A stretch of 63,626 bases of DNA, counting the filler, from Choristocarpus tenellus KU-1152 (taxonomy: Eukaryota; Protista; Phaeophyceae): the NCBI GenBank assembly GCA_964200185.2. It is 11 parts of 11 records of this genome, joined end to end, with 100 filler letters (N's around TTAATTAATTAA, not from the genome) between each part and the next. Parts side by side here need not be neighbours in the genome. Positions count along the whole stretch, not along the records: positions 1 to 7,422 come from CAXNAD020006182.1; positions 7,523 to 22,949 come from CAXNAD020001002.1; 9 more parts are not named here. One strand, written 5' to 3'. Positions 1-12,522 of this stretch are shown here, in pieces; the first letter of the stretch is position 1; each line of letters begins with the position of its first letter. The position numbers were made by a program, and so were the translations under genes. The notes under the pieces are model-generated. The model had not been told where the DNA came from and made no database searches. It saw nothing but the letters and a program-made list of their open reading frames with translations.

Positions 1-54
1 AAAAAAAAAACAATTCTTAATAGTAAAAAAAAATAAAAAAAAGTGCACGATAGC

Positions 55-217
55 GGGGGGGGGGGGGGGTATCTACACCAGGGTGTCCATTCGGGCCCTG
101 AACAGGAGAAGTGAACTTACATTATCCATCCGAAGCATGCAACCAAATCACCCAAAAATCGCGACATGGAAAAATGGGCCCCATTGGACAGCTGCTCCCC
201 CCCGGATACTTTGAGCC
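55..217 (+). mobile_element. MITE family A (left TIR missing)
   Basis: polyG-CTACACCAGGGTGTCCATT ... ATTGGACAGC..CCCCGGATACTTTGAGCC; homologous to 12952-13157. Confidence 0.85.
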
Positions 218-1146
218 AAAAAATGTGTGGATTTGATCATGACCTCAAGTAAAATACTTATTGTTTAAAGCCAAGTCAAGATTGAGAGGTAGGGGAAGGG
301 GGAACAAAAAATGTACCAAGCAAATGATAGACTTTCCCTCCAACCCTCCCTTGTACATAGTTGGAGGATTTTTTTAGGATGGAGAGTGTTGAAGAAAATT
401 CCATCTGGTGGAATTTGTACACTCTGCAAACATTGCTGCTGAATAGTGGATACAAGATAGAACTCAGCTCAAAAAATGCTCCTCCTGAAAAATGGAGGAA
501 ACTGGTTTTCAAGTTCCTCAAGTTATACCGGGTCCTAATTATGGGAAGTGCCCAGCTGGCAAAAAATATTGAAGTGCGGGGGTGGGAGTCACAAGTGGGT
601 ACAAAGAGTCTATTGAAAATGTAGGTACATTGACAAAGGACAAAGCAAGAACAGGAAAGGGGAAATGCGACAAACAGATAGTAGAGTAGGGCATGTGGAT
701 GAGGCAAGGATCAGGCAACAGGGAGGAGATGGCAAATTGGAGATTAGAATTATCCTGAAATGACTACAATGTAACTCATCAAAGGCTTAAGTGATTGAGT
801 GATAACCTAAATCAAGTGCAGTGACCCCTCCCTCTAGCCAAATCTATATGGATGAAACAGAGAGATAAAAATGAGCATATAAAAATAGAGCAAACAATAA
901 CCACAAAAGGACGAACAAGATGTGGAGGTTGGATATCAGTACCAAGATCCAAGGAGTTTCGGGTGGGATTGGGTATGACAGGTGAGCTGAGACTGGGTCA
1001 GGGCCCACAGAGACTGAGCAACTAATTGGGGTGTCTTTTTGAAACAACTCACACCTGTTCTGCTGCAACGCCACCTGACACCAAATTGTTTCCGTCTACT
1101 CTCAACACTTAGTAGCAAAAAGAAAATAAAACCGTGCAGTCTTCAC

Positions 1147-4100
1147 CTGGCCAGTTTGAAAACTCGGAACAACCGAAAGGAACGCAGCGCTGAAATTCCG
1201 CCACCACTGACTGCCCCAGTATCCCCCGTGAGGATGGCTGGGGGGGAAATGATCGTTTCCACCAAGCCCACCACCACAATGAAGCCATCAAACAGATTGA
1301 AATTGTCCTGTGCGTACTCCCTCACTCCAAGCGCCACCAACTGTGGGGGTCACGAACAGGTAGTTGGAAGTTGGTTCTCACTCCTCATATCTAGCTGGTG
1401 GTACTATAACTCTATTGATATAAATAGTACTTTTATTAAACAAGCATATTTATTTGCTCCAGATGGAAATTCAAGGTTGTTGCCTAGCGTTGGCTCTTTA
1501 TACTCCGGAGTGCTGATGATTACCTACTAAAGCATGTCGCCAGATTCAGGGATTAAGCCTAAAGCTTGTATAGACGAGTATTACTCAAGAGCTGCAAACC
1601 TCTGCGATTTCTACCCAATTCTTGAAATATTCCATTGTCTCCAAGTCCTTGTGTGAACCAGTTGCATTGTGTGGAAATCTTAGCTCTATTTTTTGCCAGT
1701 CGTATCTGTTGTTTCAATAGTGCTATTGATAGATCAACTGACCTTCAACAGCATTTCCAACATGAAGCACAAGGAAAACGCGAAATTGAAGGCCTCAAGG
1801 TAGGAGCTGAAGGCATCATCCATTGGGTGATAGTCCAGAGATAGCACCACCGTGTTCAGCATTATCAATAATGTGATCAGGTTCTGGGAAATTGCAGGGA
1901 TGCATATGATGCCAGGGGTTAAGATTCACCAGCAGGGGGACCAACCCTGGGATGTATACAAAATATTTACTTTAATACATATATCAGAGCATTGTGGTCT
2001 GCTGCCTACCACCACCCATCAACCAACTTTGAGTCAAAGCATCTTAGAGGGTAGAGTCGCATCCGTTTGGGGTCCAAAATCCAATGTTGTAATTTTGGCT
2101 ATTGTGCTTGTTAGGAAGTGTAATATCCTTGTTCCGGACACACCTTTTCATAGTTTTATACATTATACCTACTCCAAAACGTTTCGAACTAGGAAAATGT
2201 CATTAAAAAAAAGTGGGAAGTCAAGCTCCAAACAGACAAACAGGGCAAAACTCCTACCCTGTTAAATGCTTTGGCTCTATGGCAATTCAATACTTTTTGT
2301 TGAGGTACTGGAGGGAGCCATCAAGTTCTTTGGGCCTAATATATGCTCCAGAGTACATATAGTTTGTATATGGTACGTATATAGTGCATACATAGTACAT
2401 ATATAGGTACTTTACAAAAAAGTGTGGAAGTCCTGCAATTGTAAAGCAATAAAATGGGCACATGGGAATAAAGTAAAGTAGTGTCACTTTGCAGGACCTT
2501 CTGCTCATGGAATTGTATCAATGAAGAAGTCAATTGATTGGTCAATATTGAACAAACAGTGGTACTGGATCGATTGGTGCTCTACAGTGTTTCCATAACT
2601 TCGAAGAGAGAACAAACGACACGCTAGCAGTAACATCTCTGCAGGAAAACTGCTATTCCCAGGATCGTACCATAGCAATTGAATCACCACAGTCCGGTCG
2701 TTCAAAAGGGCTATCACTATTTAAATGGATGGCTTTGATTCTATTGGCTGCACGCTTGCATTTATGGAAACAGCCTGCGTATGTAGAAAAATCGTTCGTC
2801 GCTGGGTGCTCCAAATGCCTAGCTTCATGTGGATCACACATGTTCGAACAAAAATTGACTACACCCGAATCTCCAAACGTTTTGACCCGAATGAGCTCAC
2901 ACTCAGCAAATATTTCAACTCACAACAAGCTGTCGATGGCAAGACAATGGTGCTACAACTCAGTGAAGAGTCCACCATTGTCACCATGGCTGGTTAGACA
3001 CATACAGAGTAGCTGATTTAGAAGGGTGATGTTGATATATGGTATTGTCTTGCCTGAAAACGTGAATGATCCACTAGGCGGTACAACACCAACCGCCACG
3101 CGGGACCATCCTCACGTTTTACTCCTATTGGCGGCGATCCCTCATCCCCAAACTCATCTACCCCTCCTGGGCCTTTTTTTGCCCACATAGCCTGCTTCTG
3201 CCGTTCCTCTGCCTCCTGTGACATGATTACCAAAAGCAGAAGTAGGAAGCAATTGTACATCAATTTACCGTCCTCGTTCTCAAACCAGGCTTGAATAAGC
3301 AAAATTATCACCTAAGCATTGCGATAAGGTCACTGAGCAATGCCAACATGATACCACGGAATGTTATCACCAACCAAGGTGTTGTGGTGGTAAGTCAGTT
3401 CTGCTTCATTTTACTCCGATATACTAATACCTCCACCTAGTCAATCCTATCACCCCAATGTGATATCCGTTCATTTCCATGGACAATTGGTGAAGTTGTG
3501 AGATCAAACTAAATAGTGATACACTTCAAAAGCCTTTTTTTGGAACATAGCAGAGAGTTGAATGGGGCACCTCCTCCTTCCTATCCAGGAGATGTACCTC
3601 TTCCTCCCCAGAACTGAGATGCACTGGAATTCACCTGGATAAGACACACACACTCACTCTCCTTCTATCTGTTTTGCGGTGTGTGAACCGAAATTTCAAA
3701 TTACTACTACTCTGGACTGTGGCAACCTTGTCATCCTCCTTTCCCTGCGTGAAGTTCCCCTCCAGCACTGCAAGCAGGAGATTTAGTGTGAAAAATGACC
3801 CCCAGAGGATTAGAATGATGAAGAAAATATCTCCCAGGATTGGAACATCAGCGTCCTTGACCTGAGTCCATGCCAAGGGTGGTGTCAGGTAGCAGAGGAG
3901 AGAAAATAATTGTGAGAGGCGAGGGCAAAACAACCTTTCGTTGAAGTGGAGGAGTTCAAGAGGTAAGAGATTGTCCCAACGTTAAGCCAGTCACACATGA
4001 TGAAGAACAAGCTATGGAAATGTATTGTACATATACCCACATTGAACACATCCACCCCTCCTCCCTTCTCACAGGCTGTCAAATATTCAACATTTCTGCC

Positions 4101-5925
4101 CTTTGTCCACCCTGGCCTCCACAAACAGCAACTACAGCTATACTGTGTTCCAATCTACCTTCCCTCACACGAGGAGTAGCACTGTACCTGGTACTGTATT
4201 TCTGACCATCCCTCCATAGTAATGCTTTGGAAAATGCTGAGAAATGCCATGAATATGTCATCGAACGTTGTGTACCCCCAGTTCAGGCTCTCAATATAGG
4301 TTCCATTCCTCATTAGGTTGAACATGGACCACTCCCTGCCCTCAATTATTCCCCCAGAGAAGCGTGGATTCCCCAAGGCATCAAAGTTGCTCCCACAATA
4401 GCGCCAATCGCTCTTGTTGAGGTAATGGGTGTGGTGATAACACAAGTGGTCCCCATTCCCAGATTGTGAGCAGAGTCTCTCATCCTCAGTATCTAAAGGC
4501 CACCAGCAGTCCTGTGGGGTTGACCAGGGACTTGTACTCTTTGTCCAGGTGGGCATATCACTCACCACATCGAAGTTGCTCTCCTGCAAGCACCGGTATG
4601 TGGTGTGGTTCATTCCTATCTGCATTCCCGAAAACGTTCACCCATGACAGGGAACGATCGAGAGTGAAAAAAATAGGAATCAAACAAAAATATTGGTCGA
4701 TAGGGACTGTCAAAACTATTAGTGGGACAGTCACATTGCTGCAGGGATGCTATTCCGAGAAAGAGTGTTGGAGTGGTATCATAAGAGGGGAACAATTAAA
4801 GTCATTTGATGCAGCAACAAGTTTTGGATAGTTATAGGCTGACTTGTTTGCCCAGTCAGATACTCAGAGCAAAACCACTTTGTAATTTTTTTTCCCCTGT
4901 GGGTTTTGTACCTATTGTGCTTTGTTCTGTGTCAATACTCGACAAGAAGCTTTTTCATCTTGCAGGCATATCCTCAAATCTTGCTCTATTGCTACTGCTG
5001 GGCTTCTTCCATCTATCTTGGCACCCGAGGGCATCATATCACAACGTCTAGATCCCACAGCAGTGTGGGCATTGAGACATAGTTTCCCTGATATTTCGGC
5101 TCGTGAGCATGAATACTGCACTATTGGCGACAAGCACGACATTCATCCTCTTGAATTTTGAGCAACAATTTAGTTTCAGTTAGCACTCACCTCAAACGAA
5201 GTATTAACAGGATAGGGAGTTAGTCTGCATCGTGCATGTTGTGTCCCAGCAAAAATTTGCACTCCAAAAATGCCGAAGACAGTGAAAATGAACTGAAGAA
5301 GGATGACAACACTGACTAGTTGGGGAATGGACCTGAGCATGCTAACCACTAGCTTCTGGAGGCCAGGCAGTGCTGAGATGCTCTTGAGAGGACGCAAGAC
5401 ACGAAATACACGGATAGCTGACATCTTCGGCATCCCGGGTATACTTGTCAATAGCGCGGTTACAACCACAACGAAGTCCAGAATGTTCCAAGTGTCTCGA
5501 AGATAAGACCCTTGACCCTGGTACATGCCCTGAGCGATCACCTTGAGAACAAACTCCAGTGAAAAGAAGGCCGTGAAGATGGGCTCTGACTCAAACAACA
5601 ACCGGTTTCTCCACGACCCATCGACCACAGGATCTCCTACATTGGCTGATTTTGGTTCGTTATCAATGACGGACCATTCCGTGAGTGCCAGGACGATGGA
5701 GTTCAACAGGATCAAGAAAAGGATGAAGCGATCGAACCACGGATGCGCAGTAGTCTTCACGCAAGCCACACGGATGGGGCTTAGCTCGTCAAAAATGTAC
5801 AAGGAGGTCTTGGCATACTTGAAAGTCTTGCCACTCGCCTTAAATACCGCTTCTTTACTGTGGTCGTACTCTGTCTTGGTCTCGTCCCTTGCGATCTCCC
5901 CATGGTGCTGGGTGGGATAAATCAT
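1147..5925 (-). CDS. Four-domain voltage-gated calcium (Cav-type) channel alpha subunit, 5' part (domain I complete, domain II S1-S4); 3' end lies beyond the contig edge
   Basis: Exons (minus): 5925-5191, 4619-4188, 3861-3727, 3215-3054, 1883-1743, 1340-1147, with AG acceptors, GT donors (one GC) and consistent phases. Motifs: S1 FDRFILFLILLNSIVLA, S2 FFSLEFVLKVIAQG, S3 YLRDTWNILDFVVV, S4 IRVFRVLRPLKSI, pore QSITMEGW, S6 GSFFTLNLLLAVL, domain II S3/S4 FNLFDGFIVVV ... LRSFRLFRVFKLAR. The start codon is uncertain. Confidence 0.93.
2031..2277 (+). mobile_element. MITE family B (intronic)
   Basis: GAGTCAAAGCATCTTAGAGGGTA ... TACCCTGTTAAATGCTTTGGCTC; flanks ttt/tat. Confidence 0.9.
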
Positions 5926-7230
5926 GCCTTGCCCCCACAATGAGCAGCTCTGGGTGAACCGCTATAGGCGACGTAGTCCGTCACTGCTCTCACGTTTCGC
6001 CTAGCCCAGCCCCATACTGGGGCTTCCGTGAGAGCACGATCACCATGGTACCATCCATAGTGAACCACCACCCCGTTAGGGGGGTGTTCGAACTGCCTTT
6101 CTTGTCCAAAAAGAAGACACCAAAGACTGCCAATATCGGCCACTAGGCGTTGTTAAAACGGCACACGCGACCAACTTGCTCGTGAGAGCAAGCTTTCGCG
6201 GTGCTCACTATACTATTCAATGGCCCCAAGGGCTTGGAAATTACTACTTTTAGTATCTCGGAGCACAGAGGGCAAGCAAATTGGAAGGCTGAAGTTTCTA
6301 TAGACGGTTTCATCTGGACGGACGGTGGACGGCACGTATGTGTACCAACAACAGGACAAAATATAAAAGGATGAGGTGAGTATCGTACTGCTCTAGTACC
6401 ACTTGCTGTGACCCTGCTCCCCTGTACGACGAAGCACAGGCATTCGTAGTTTCCACCCGGATGTCTCCTCACATGAAAATGGAAAACCGGTTATCCTTGT
6501 CCCCTTCAAGGTATTATCATGTTAGTAGTACTACTAATATACAGGATAATCAATCGTACATACATATACGATAACCACCCCATCATTTTGGTCACCTTTA
6601 TTCCGCCCCAACATGTTATACCAGCAATTGGAGAAGGTGGTTTCCCCGCCATAACACCTGTACATGCAGGGCCAAATATATACTTCGAAGTACATATATT
6701 GCATTTTTTCTTACTGATACATTGGACGGAATGCGAGGTCGAGAGTGCCAACTTTCGGGCAATTTGTTGTGATCAACAGGGGAAATGGGCGTCTCGTAAA
6801 GCAAGCGATTTGCATATAACAGAAGGAAGAGATTGAGGAAGGAGACAATACGATTTTCGACCTCCAGCTCTACTACAACATTTAGGAAGGAGGTAAATAG
6901 AGGTTCACCCTAAATAAAAACACGTTCCTACTCATTGTTGTCCCTTCAACTTCGTGAAATAAGTGATTGCACAGTCAGGCTTATATACTGCAGTACAAGT
7001 GTATTTTGTCGCGTTATTCGATGCCCAATCACATGTTCCATTCAGTTGTTATGCAGGAAACAGAAGCAATTATCACAATGATGCAACCAATACAAATACC
7101 AATACCAACGAATTGTAGCATTTCCAAGAAAAACAACTTCATTCGAAGGGGACGCAAAGATCAGGACCACTACATGTACTCCAGGGTATTGAGTCAAACC
7201 AACAGAGAGGTAGGCAAGGTTGAATTTTAA

Positions 7231-7402
7231 GGATCCCTAGAAAGGGCAAAAATATATCATTTTGTACAACTGAAGAAAGAGCCCTTCGGTGAATTGTAGT
7301 TTCACTTTGTGTGCGGAAAGGGGAAATATCAATTTTTCGTACACTATTGTGCGCATAAAGCAATGAAATAGATTATATTGCACAGGGTAAGAATAATGGC
7401 TT
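7231..7402 (+). repeat. Dispersed repeat family C (second copy at ~26080-26250)
   Basis: Shared GATCC..AAGGGCAAAA..TCACTTTG.GTG.GGAAAGGGG.AATATCAATTTTTC..GCAATGAAA. Confidence 0.75.
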
Positions 7403-7603
7403 GGGTCAAAGTATCTGGGGTGNNNNNNNNNNNNNNNNNNNNNNNNNNNNNNNNNNNNNNNNNNNNTTAATTAATTAANNNNNNNNNNNNNNNNNNNNNN
7501 NNNNNNNNNNNNNNNNNNNNNNCAACCAAATCACCCAAAAATCGTGATATGAAAAAATGGACTTCAAATGGACAGCCGCCACCCTCCCCAGATACTTTGA
7601 GCC
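7403..7603 (+). mobile_element. MITE family A termini on both sides of a linker (7403-7422 and 7523-7603)
   Basis: GGGTCAAAGTATCTGGGG before the gap and ...AAATGGACAGCC..CCCCAGATACTTTGAGCC after it. Flanks ctt/cca do not match, so these may be two different copies. Confidence 0.75.
7423..7522. other. Artificial contig linker (first of ten)
   Basis: 44 N + TTAATTAATTAA + 44 N. The others are at 22950-23049, 27487-27586, 34050-34149, 39392-39491, 42724-42823, 49665-49764, 53649-53748, 57710-57809 and 60513-60612. Confidence 0.99.
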
Positions 7604-8440
7604 CCAAGCCCCATATATGGTCCGGATGTATTATCTTATTAGTTACATCAAATGGATTCAATCCAATGCAATGCCTAACGATTGTCCTATTTTGCACATA
7701 ATTGGCATGTGCGTCATGGAGCCTTGTACGAGCTTCATTGTGGAGTGATTGGAGCTGCATACCCCCTTGTAGTAAGCTTGCGGAGGAATCTGTAATAGAC
7801 ACACACTACCATCCCAGATAGTCCTCGTCGTTGAGGGATGCTATCCAGGTATCCCTCTTCATCAATGCAATTCTGACCAAGTCGCATCTCCTGAACCAGA
7901 AGGTGGTCTCAATGTTGTCACCTCTATAGATGACTCAGTGTGTGCTGGCGGGGTAGTGGGTCGTCAAACACAGATTCTGAAGACATTGCAGGTGACCCGT
8001 CTACCAATCCTGGAGATTGTGCAGTTGGGTTCGCCATCAACCTTCCATCCGAAGAAGATATCCATGAACCAGTTATGAAACGCTGTGGTTAAGGATTCGT
8101 TGGGAGGAGGTTTGGTAATCTTCACACCTATTTCTCCTAATAAAGTTCTGATTTAGGCGACCTACGGCTTCATTCATTTTAGGACGTTTTCTGACCCAAT
8201 CAGAAGCGATCTTCATTTCGACCCTTCCAATTTAGTAGAGTCTGTAATGTATGAAGTTTCGTAATCATGAACATGTCCATTTTTCGATGTTAGTAACAGA
8301 TGTAATTGACTTATTATTTCTGTTTTCAAATATTAGATCTTTTTTTGATATATGTCTTAGGGTTGTTGACAATAGTAGTAGTTAATGTAAATTGCTACTT
8401 CTTTAGGGTTTGTTCTGACATGTGAATAGTTTTTATTGAT

Positions 8441-9497
8441 TTTTCCCCTCACACATCTGAAAATGTCAGACGGCATAATAATAAAATAGTGGTGTAGTTG
8501 GTGCAATATAGTTTAGGTTTTGGATTTTCTGTCACATTCCGAACATTTCAAAACATGAAATTGTTACATCACAACAACACGAACTGTGTCTGAAAAAGCA
8601 AGTGTGTTCATTATGGATCATGCAAATCATACATCAAACTAATATCCGCTAATCAATTAATCAATGCTTGGCGCGTCATCTGATCTATATTTATATTATT
8701 ATGCCCTCTGACATTTTGCAGATGTGTCAGGGGGAAAGCAATGATCTGTATCATTCGGACCTACTCCTAACCATAACTTTTTCCTTAAATAAGCTATTCG
8801 GACCAGCATCCATGGATGCCTCCTACCTGTGTACACATGTAAGTATATGTCTATTTTGTAGGATTCGAAAAAAATGGCAACAATAATGTTTCATTTTATG
8901 ACATAATAAAATATACCCTCTTCCCTCTGTCTATCATGATGAATAAAACATGTGCTAGAACAAGTGTCAAAAAACTATTTTTTGAAAATTATATTATTAT
9001 GCCCCCTGACATTTTGCAGATATGTCACGGGGGAAACCAATGAAAACTATAGATATGTATGATTTCTCGCTATTTGCCCTAAAGAAATGGATTTATGATG
9101 TGATTTAAGTTAGTTGGCGTTAACGATATAGTAGGTAATACTATTATAGTTGTTAGAACCAGTGACATAATATATACAGTTAAAACCGTTTCTGTCTTGA
9201 CATGTACTACGTTACCGAAAACCTCAACAATAGGAACTGTCTCAAGAATAATAGAGGGAAATGTCAGAGGGCATAATAATAAAATAATAGACGGCATTTT
9301 CAAATAATAGAGGGCATAATAATAAACAATATAGACAGTATAAATAATAATGTTGATATCTTTTTGTTGTGACGCATATACTATTATGTCATATACATCT
9401 GTAAAATGTCAAAAAAAGAAAATCATGTATAATATTTTATTATCATGTTCTCTGACATTTTGCAGATGTGTCAGGGGGAAACCAATGAAAACTATAT
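8441..9497. repeat. Cluster of ~45-60 bp repeats in both orientations
   Basis: Unit TTATTATGCCCTCTGACATTTTGCAGATGTGTCAGGGGGAAA at ~8695 (+), ~8994 (+), ~9437 (+) and ~8441 (-), with partial minus copies at ~9259, ~9308 and ~9387. Confidence 0.85.
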
Positions 9498-10202
9498 TCT
9501 ATATTCATATGTGTATATAATATCCCTAATACAGAAGAAATAGGAAAATGATATATAGGGAATTTATCTATCTGTAATATAGGTTGTGTTTTAACATCTT
9601 TAGTTCAAAGATATGTATGTATGTGTGTTCTATCTTCCCTTTTCGAACGAAAACTAAGAAGTGGCGAAGAATTGCAAAAACATATCTTGAGTTTAGGAAT
9701 AGTTCGGAATTGCGCAATTTACAGATCTAAAACCTAAATGTCCGATTAACCTCCTCAGATTTCTACTGATTCTGGCGACCAATTTCCCTCAAACCAATAA
9801 TCCTCTTCAATTTTTTCTATCGACAACCATGGTGGAAATATCGTTGTGCTCACTAGGAAATATTTTACAGCTCTGGTCTTATAAGAGCTCAAGAAACAGT
9901 TCTTTTAGAGCAAAAGGAGAATTGGCAATTTTGATCTAGAGTTTTGAATACCCCTCCTAAAGCAATACATTTCCTGATGCTGTTTCTTGATATAAGGTGA
10001 TAGAGATCTGCCAACGCAACAACGAAGGTGCACCTCAAGTCTAACCGTCCTCTCCAAACCTCGGTCACTACACAAGTACACCATCCATCCTGAGTACACC
10101 GTCACGAGTGAACCATCTTAGCTTACGTTCCTGATTTCCCAGTTCTTCCCTATCGTCACTGCTGGTTTGTTACGGAACGCGAACTTCTAGGGGTCACCAA
10201 AC

Positions 10203-10550
10203 ATGCCGAAGCATAGGGATGAAAAGAAGCCCCCGATGGTCATGATGAAGTCAACCATTGCAGAGAAACCACCAACTTCGAGGTCACATCCATCGTCGAA
10301 AGCTCCGTCGCCGGTGCAACTGATTGCACCGAGTAAGTCGGGAAAGTCTAACTCTGGGAGGCGCTCGTTGTCTTTGTCAGCTAAGAAGTCTCATGTAGTG
10401 ACAAATCGCTTCTTGCTTCGTGGCTGTAGCTGGTGTGGACACAATTTCCTTCCGCAGGTTGACAATCTCTCAGAGTTCTGCTCTGGTGAATGCCGGCTGA
10501 GCTCGGGGCATGAAAGTCATTCGCAGAAACTTCGGGGTGGGCGTGGCTAA
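10203..10550 (+). CDS. Small intronless protein with an FCS-type (FLZ/MYM/TRASH-like) zinc finger
   Basis: 115-aa ATG-to-TAA ORF with a Ser/Pro/Lys-rich N-terminus and CSWC-x13-FCSGEC near the C-terminus. Confidence 0.5.
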   Translation: MPKHRDEKKPPMVMMKSTIAEKPPTSRSHPSSKAPSPVQLIAPSKSGKSNSGRRSLSLSAKKSHVVTNRFLLRGCSWCGHNFLPQVDNLSEFCSGECRLSSGHESHSQKLRGGRG

Positions 10551-12522
10551 CCCTTCGGATATGCCTCGTGATGCTGACAGGCCTCCTTTTTGGTTCATGG
10601 CTCAAGCGTCTACACCTAAGACACTCTACTTCAAACACAGATTTGCTGCATGGTAGTATGGAGATGTTTGCATGATAGTGTATGAGTTTGTATTGCAAGT
10701 GTGTATGGTATGCTTTTTTTTGGTCTAGATTTCGGAATTCAGAAGCTTGGGCACTAACGAGTTTGAATTGCTTCGTTGTGTACTTATTCTGTGTTACATG
10801 TGTATTGATATGATATTTTAGGAACGAGAGTCAAGCCCGATTCATGCTGGATTGTCCCTAGTATGCATGCTATGTCTTGAGCCCCGGCCCAGGCCATTCG
10901 TGGCATGGAATTTGCGTAGTTTATTGTCTTACATACTAGAGGGGGGGGTTGAAGCCCCTCTCACCACCCCCTCCACCTTTGCGTTTTCTAGAGTGGGAAG
11001 AAGTCGTGCCCCACAACCTTCTTGTGTTATAGAAGGTGACACGTTCACCTCGAGAATCAATTACAATAGTGAGTGCCTGTTATGTGCTCAGTTAGGATGT
11101 TTACAACATCAACTTGTTTGATTTGAATTACTGGTAGAGAGTTGCACATCTGTCGTTTTGTCTTGTCGAAGGCGGCCTTCGCCGCTTTAAAAAAAATTTG
11201 TGTCGGCATAGAGATGGGTGTACATTGATTTCCGATTTTGATGCTCTGTTCTTTTATTTTGCACCTTTGTTATAATATCAAGGCTCACGAATGGTGACAA
11301 TTTGACCTTTGCTGTATTGTGAGTCGTTTGGCTCTTCTCTTCTTACCTGTAACGCATATGATATCTTCATTTTCGAAATGTTTGACGTATTCATGTAGGG
11401 CAGACGGCATGATGCAATACACTGCTCTGGCTCGTAAGCTTGATCATCAGTCTCTTTGTGTGATGGGTGCATGATAACCCTTCAATACCTCTTTTCTCCA
11501 GTGTATGCTAATGTGATGCTCAAGGGACCTAGCCTCTCTCCCATAGCTCAGTTGAAGACATATTGTTTCACCTCAAGCACACAGTTAAATCGTACAAAGT
11601 ATTATCCTATGACATCGAAATGAAATCACTTTCGATTTCACCTCTTGCACAGACGGGGTACATCAGGTGAAAAAAAAACTGGATTATTCACTCAAGGACT
11701 CAACGGTCATGTTAGCAGATCCATAACTCACAACTACTACCCACTGCATGATCGGAGCTATCAAAGACAACTGGAAGAGTGTATGGTGGGATATATATCA
11801 GTACGTCTAAATCGACACCACTCCCTATTGTCTTGTGCGTTAACAAGCGTGTTCAATAATGAAATTTATAAATCTATGCCAGAGCCTTTGTCATATCCAT
11901 GAATCCAGTAGCTACATAAGTTGGGACTTACAGAATGTTGGGCTATGGCGGTCAAGCCTAGAATAGAACACTCCACCTTAAGTCAACCTGACCAGTGACA
12001 ATATAAGCAATTACTCTTGTACCCCCTTGAAAGTCTCTAATCTACATTCCTACGTATCACGTACCAACACCGTACAAACACACCTGTTAAATGTCACTGC
12101 TTATTTGTCTACCCGACCAAACACTGCAATGGAAGCAAGACTTTCAGATGCGTACTGATGGCACATCTCAAAATGACGATTAGGTTTGTGTGGTCCTGGT
12201 GTGGGACAGTGCTGTGGATAGAGTGGAGCACCAACCAAGCCTGTGAAGCAACCCCCCCCTCCCCCCCCCCTCCTACATGTGATCTCAACAGATGAGCAGA
12301 GTGGGGGGATGTAGTGGTGGGTGCGTGGGGTGGGCACAGAGAGATGCATCAGCACTGCCTCACTTCCTCTCTCTCTTGACCAATTCTCATCAGAGTGTCA
12401 CTAACAACACATCGTTACTTCCATGGGAAATGAATCTACATAAAATCCCAAGCATAAGTTATCTTTATCTCATATGATGGGATGCAGTGATATCTCCCTG
12501 TTATAGCTATAAAGCACCCGTT

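Noticed and set aside
7467-7478. TTAATTAATTAA palindromes repeated ten times
   Set aside because: They are centred in fixed 100-bp N blocks and are artificial all-frame-stop linkers.
8441-9497. CRISPR-like array
   Set aside because: Mixed orientations, irregular spacing, no cas genes and a eukaryotic context.
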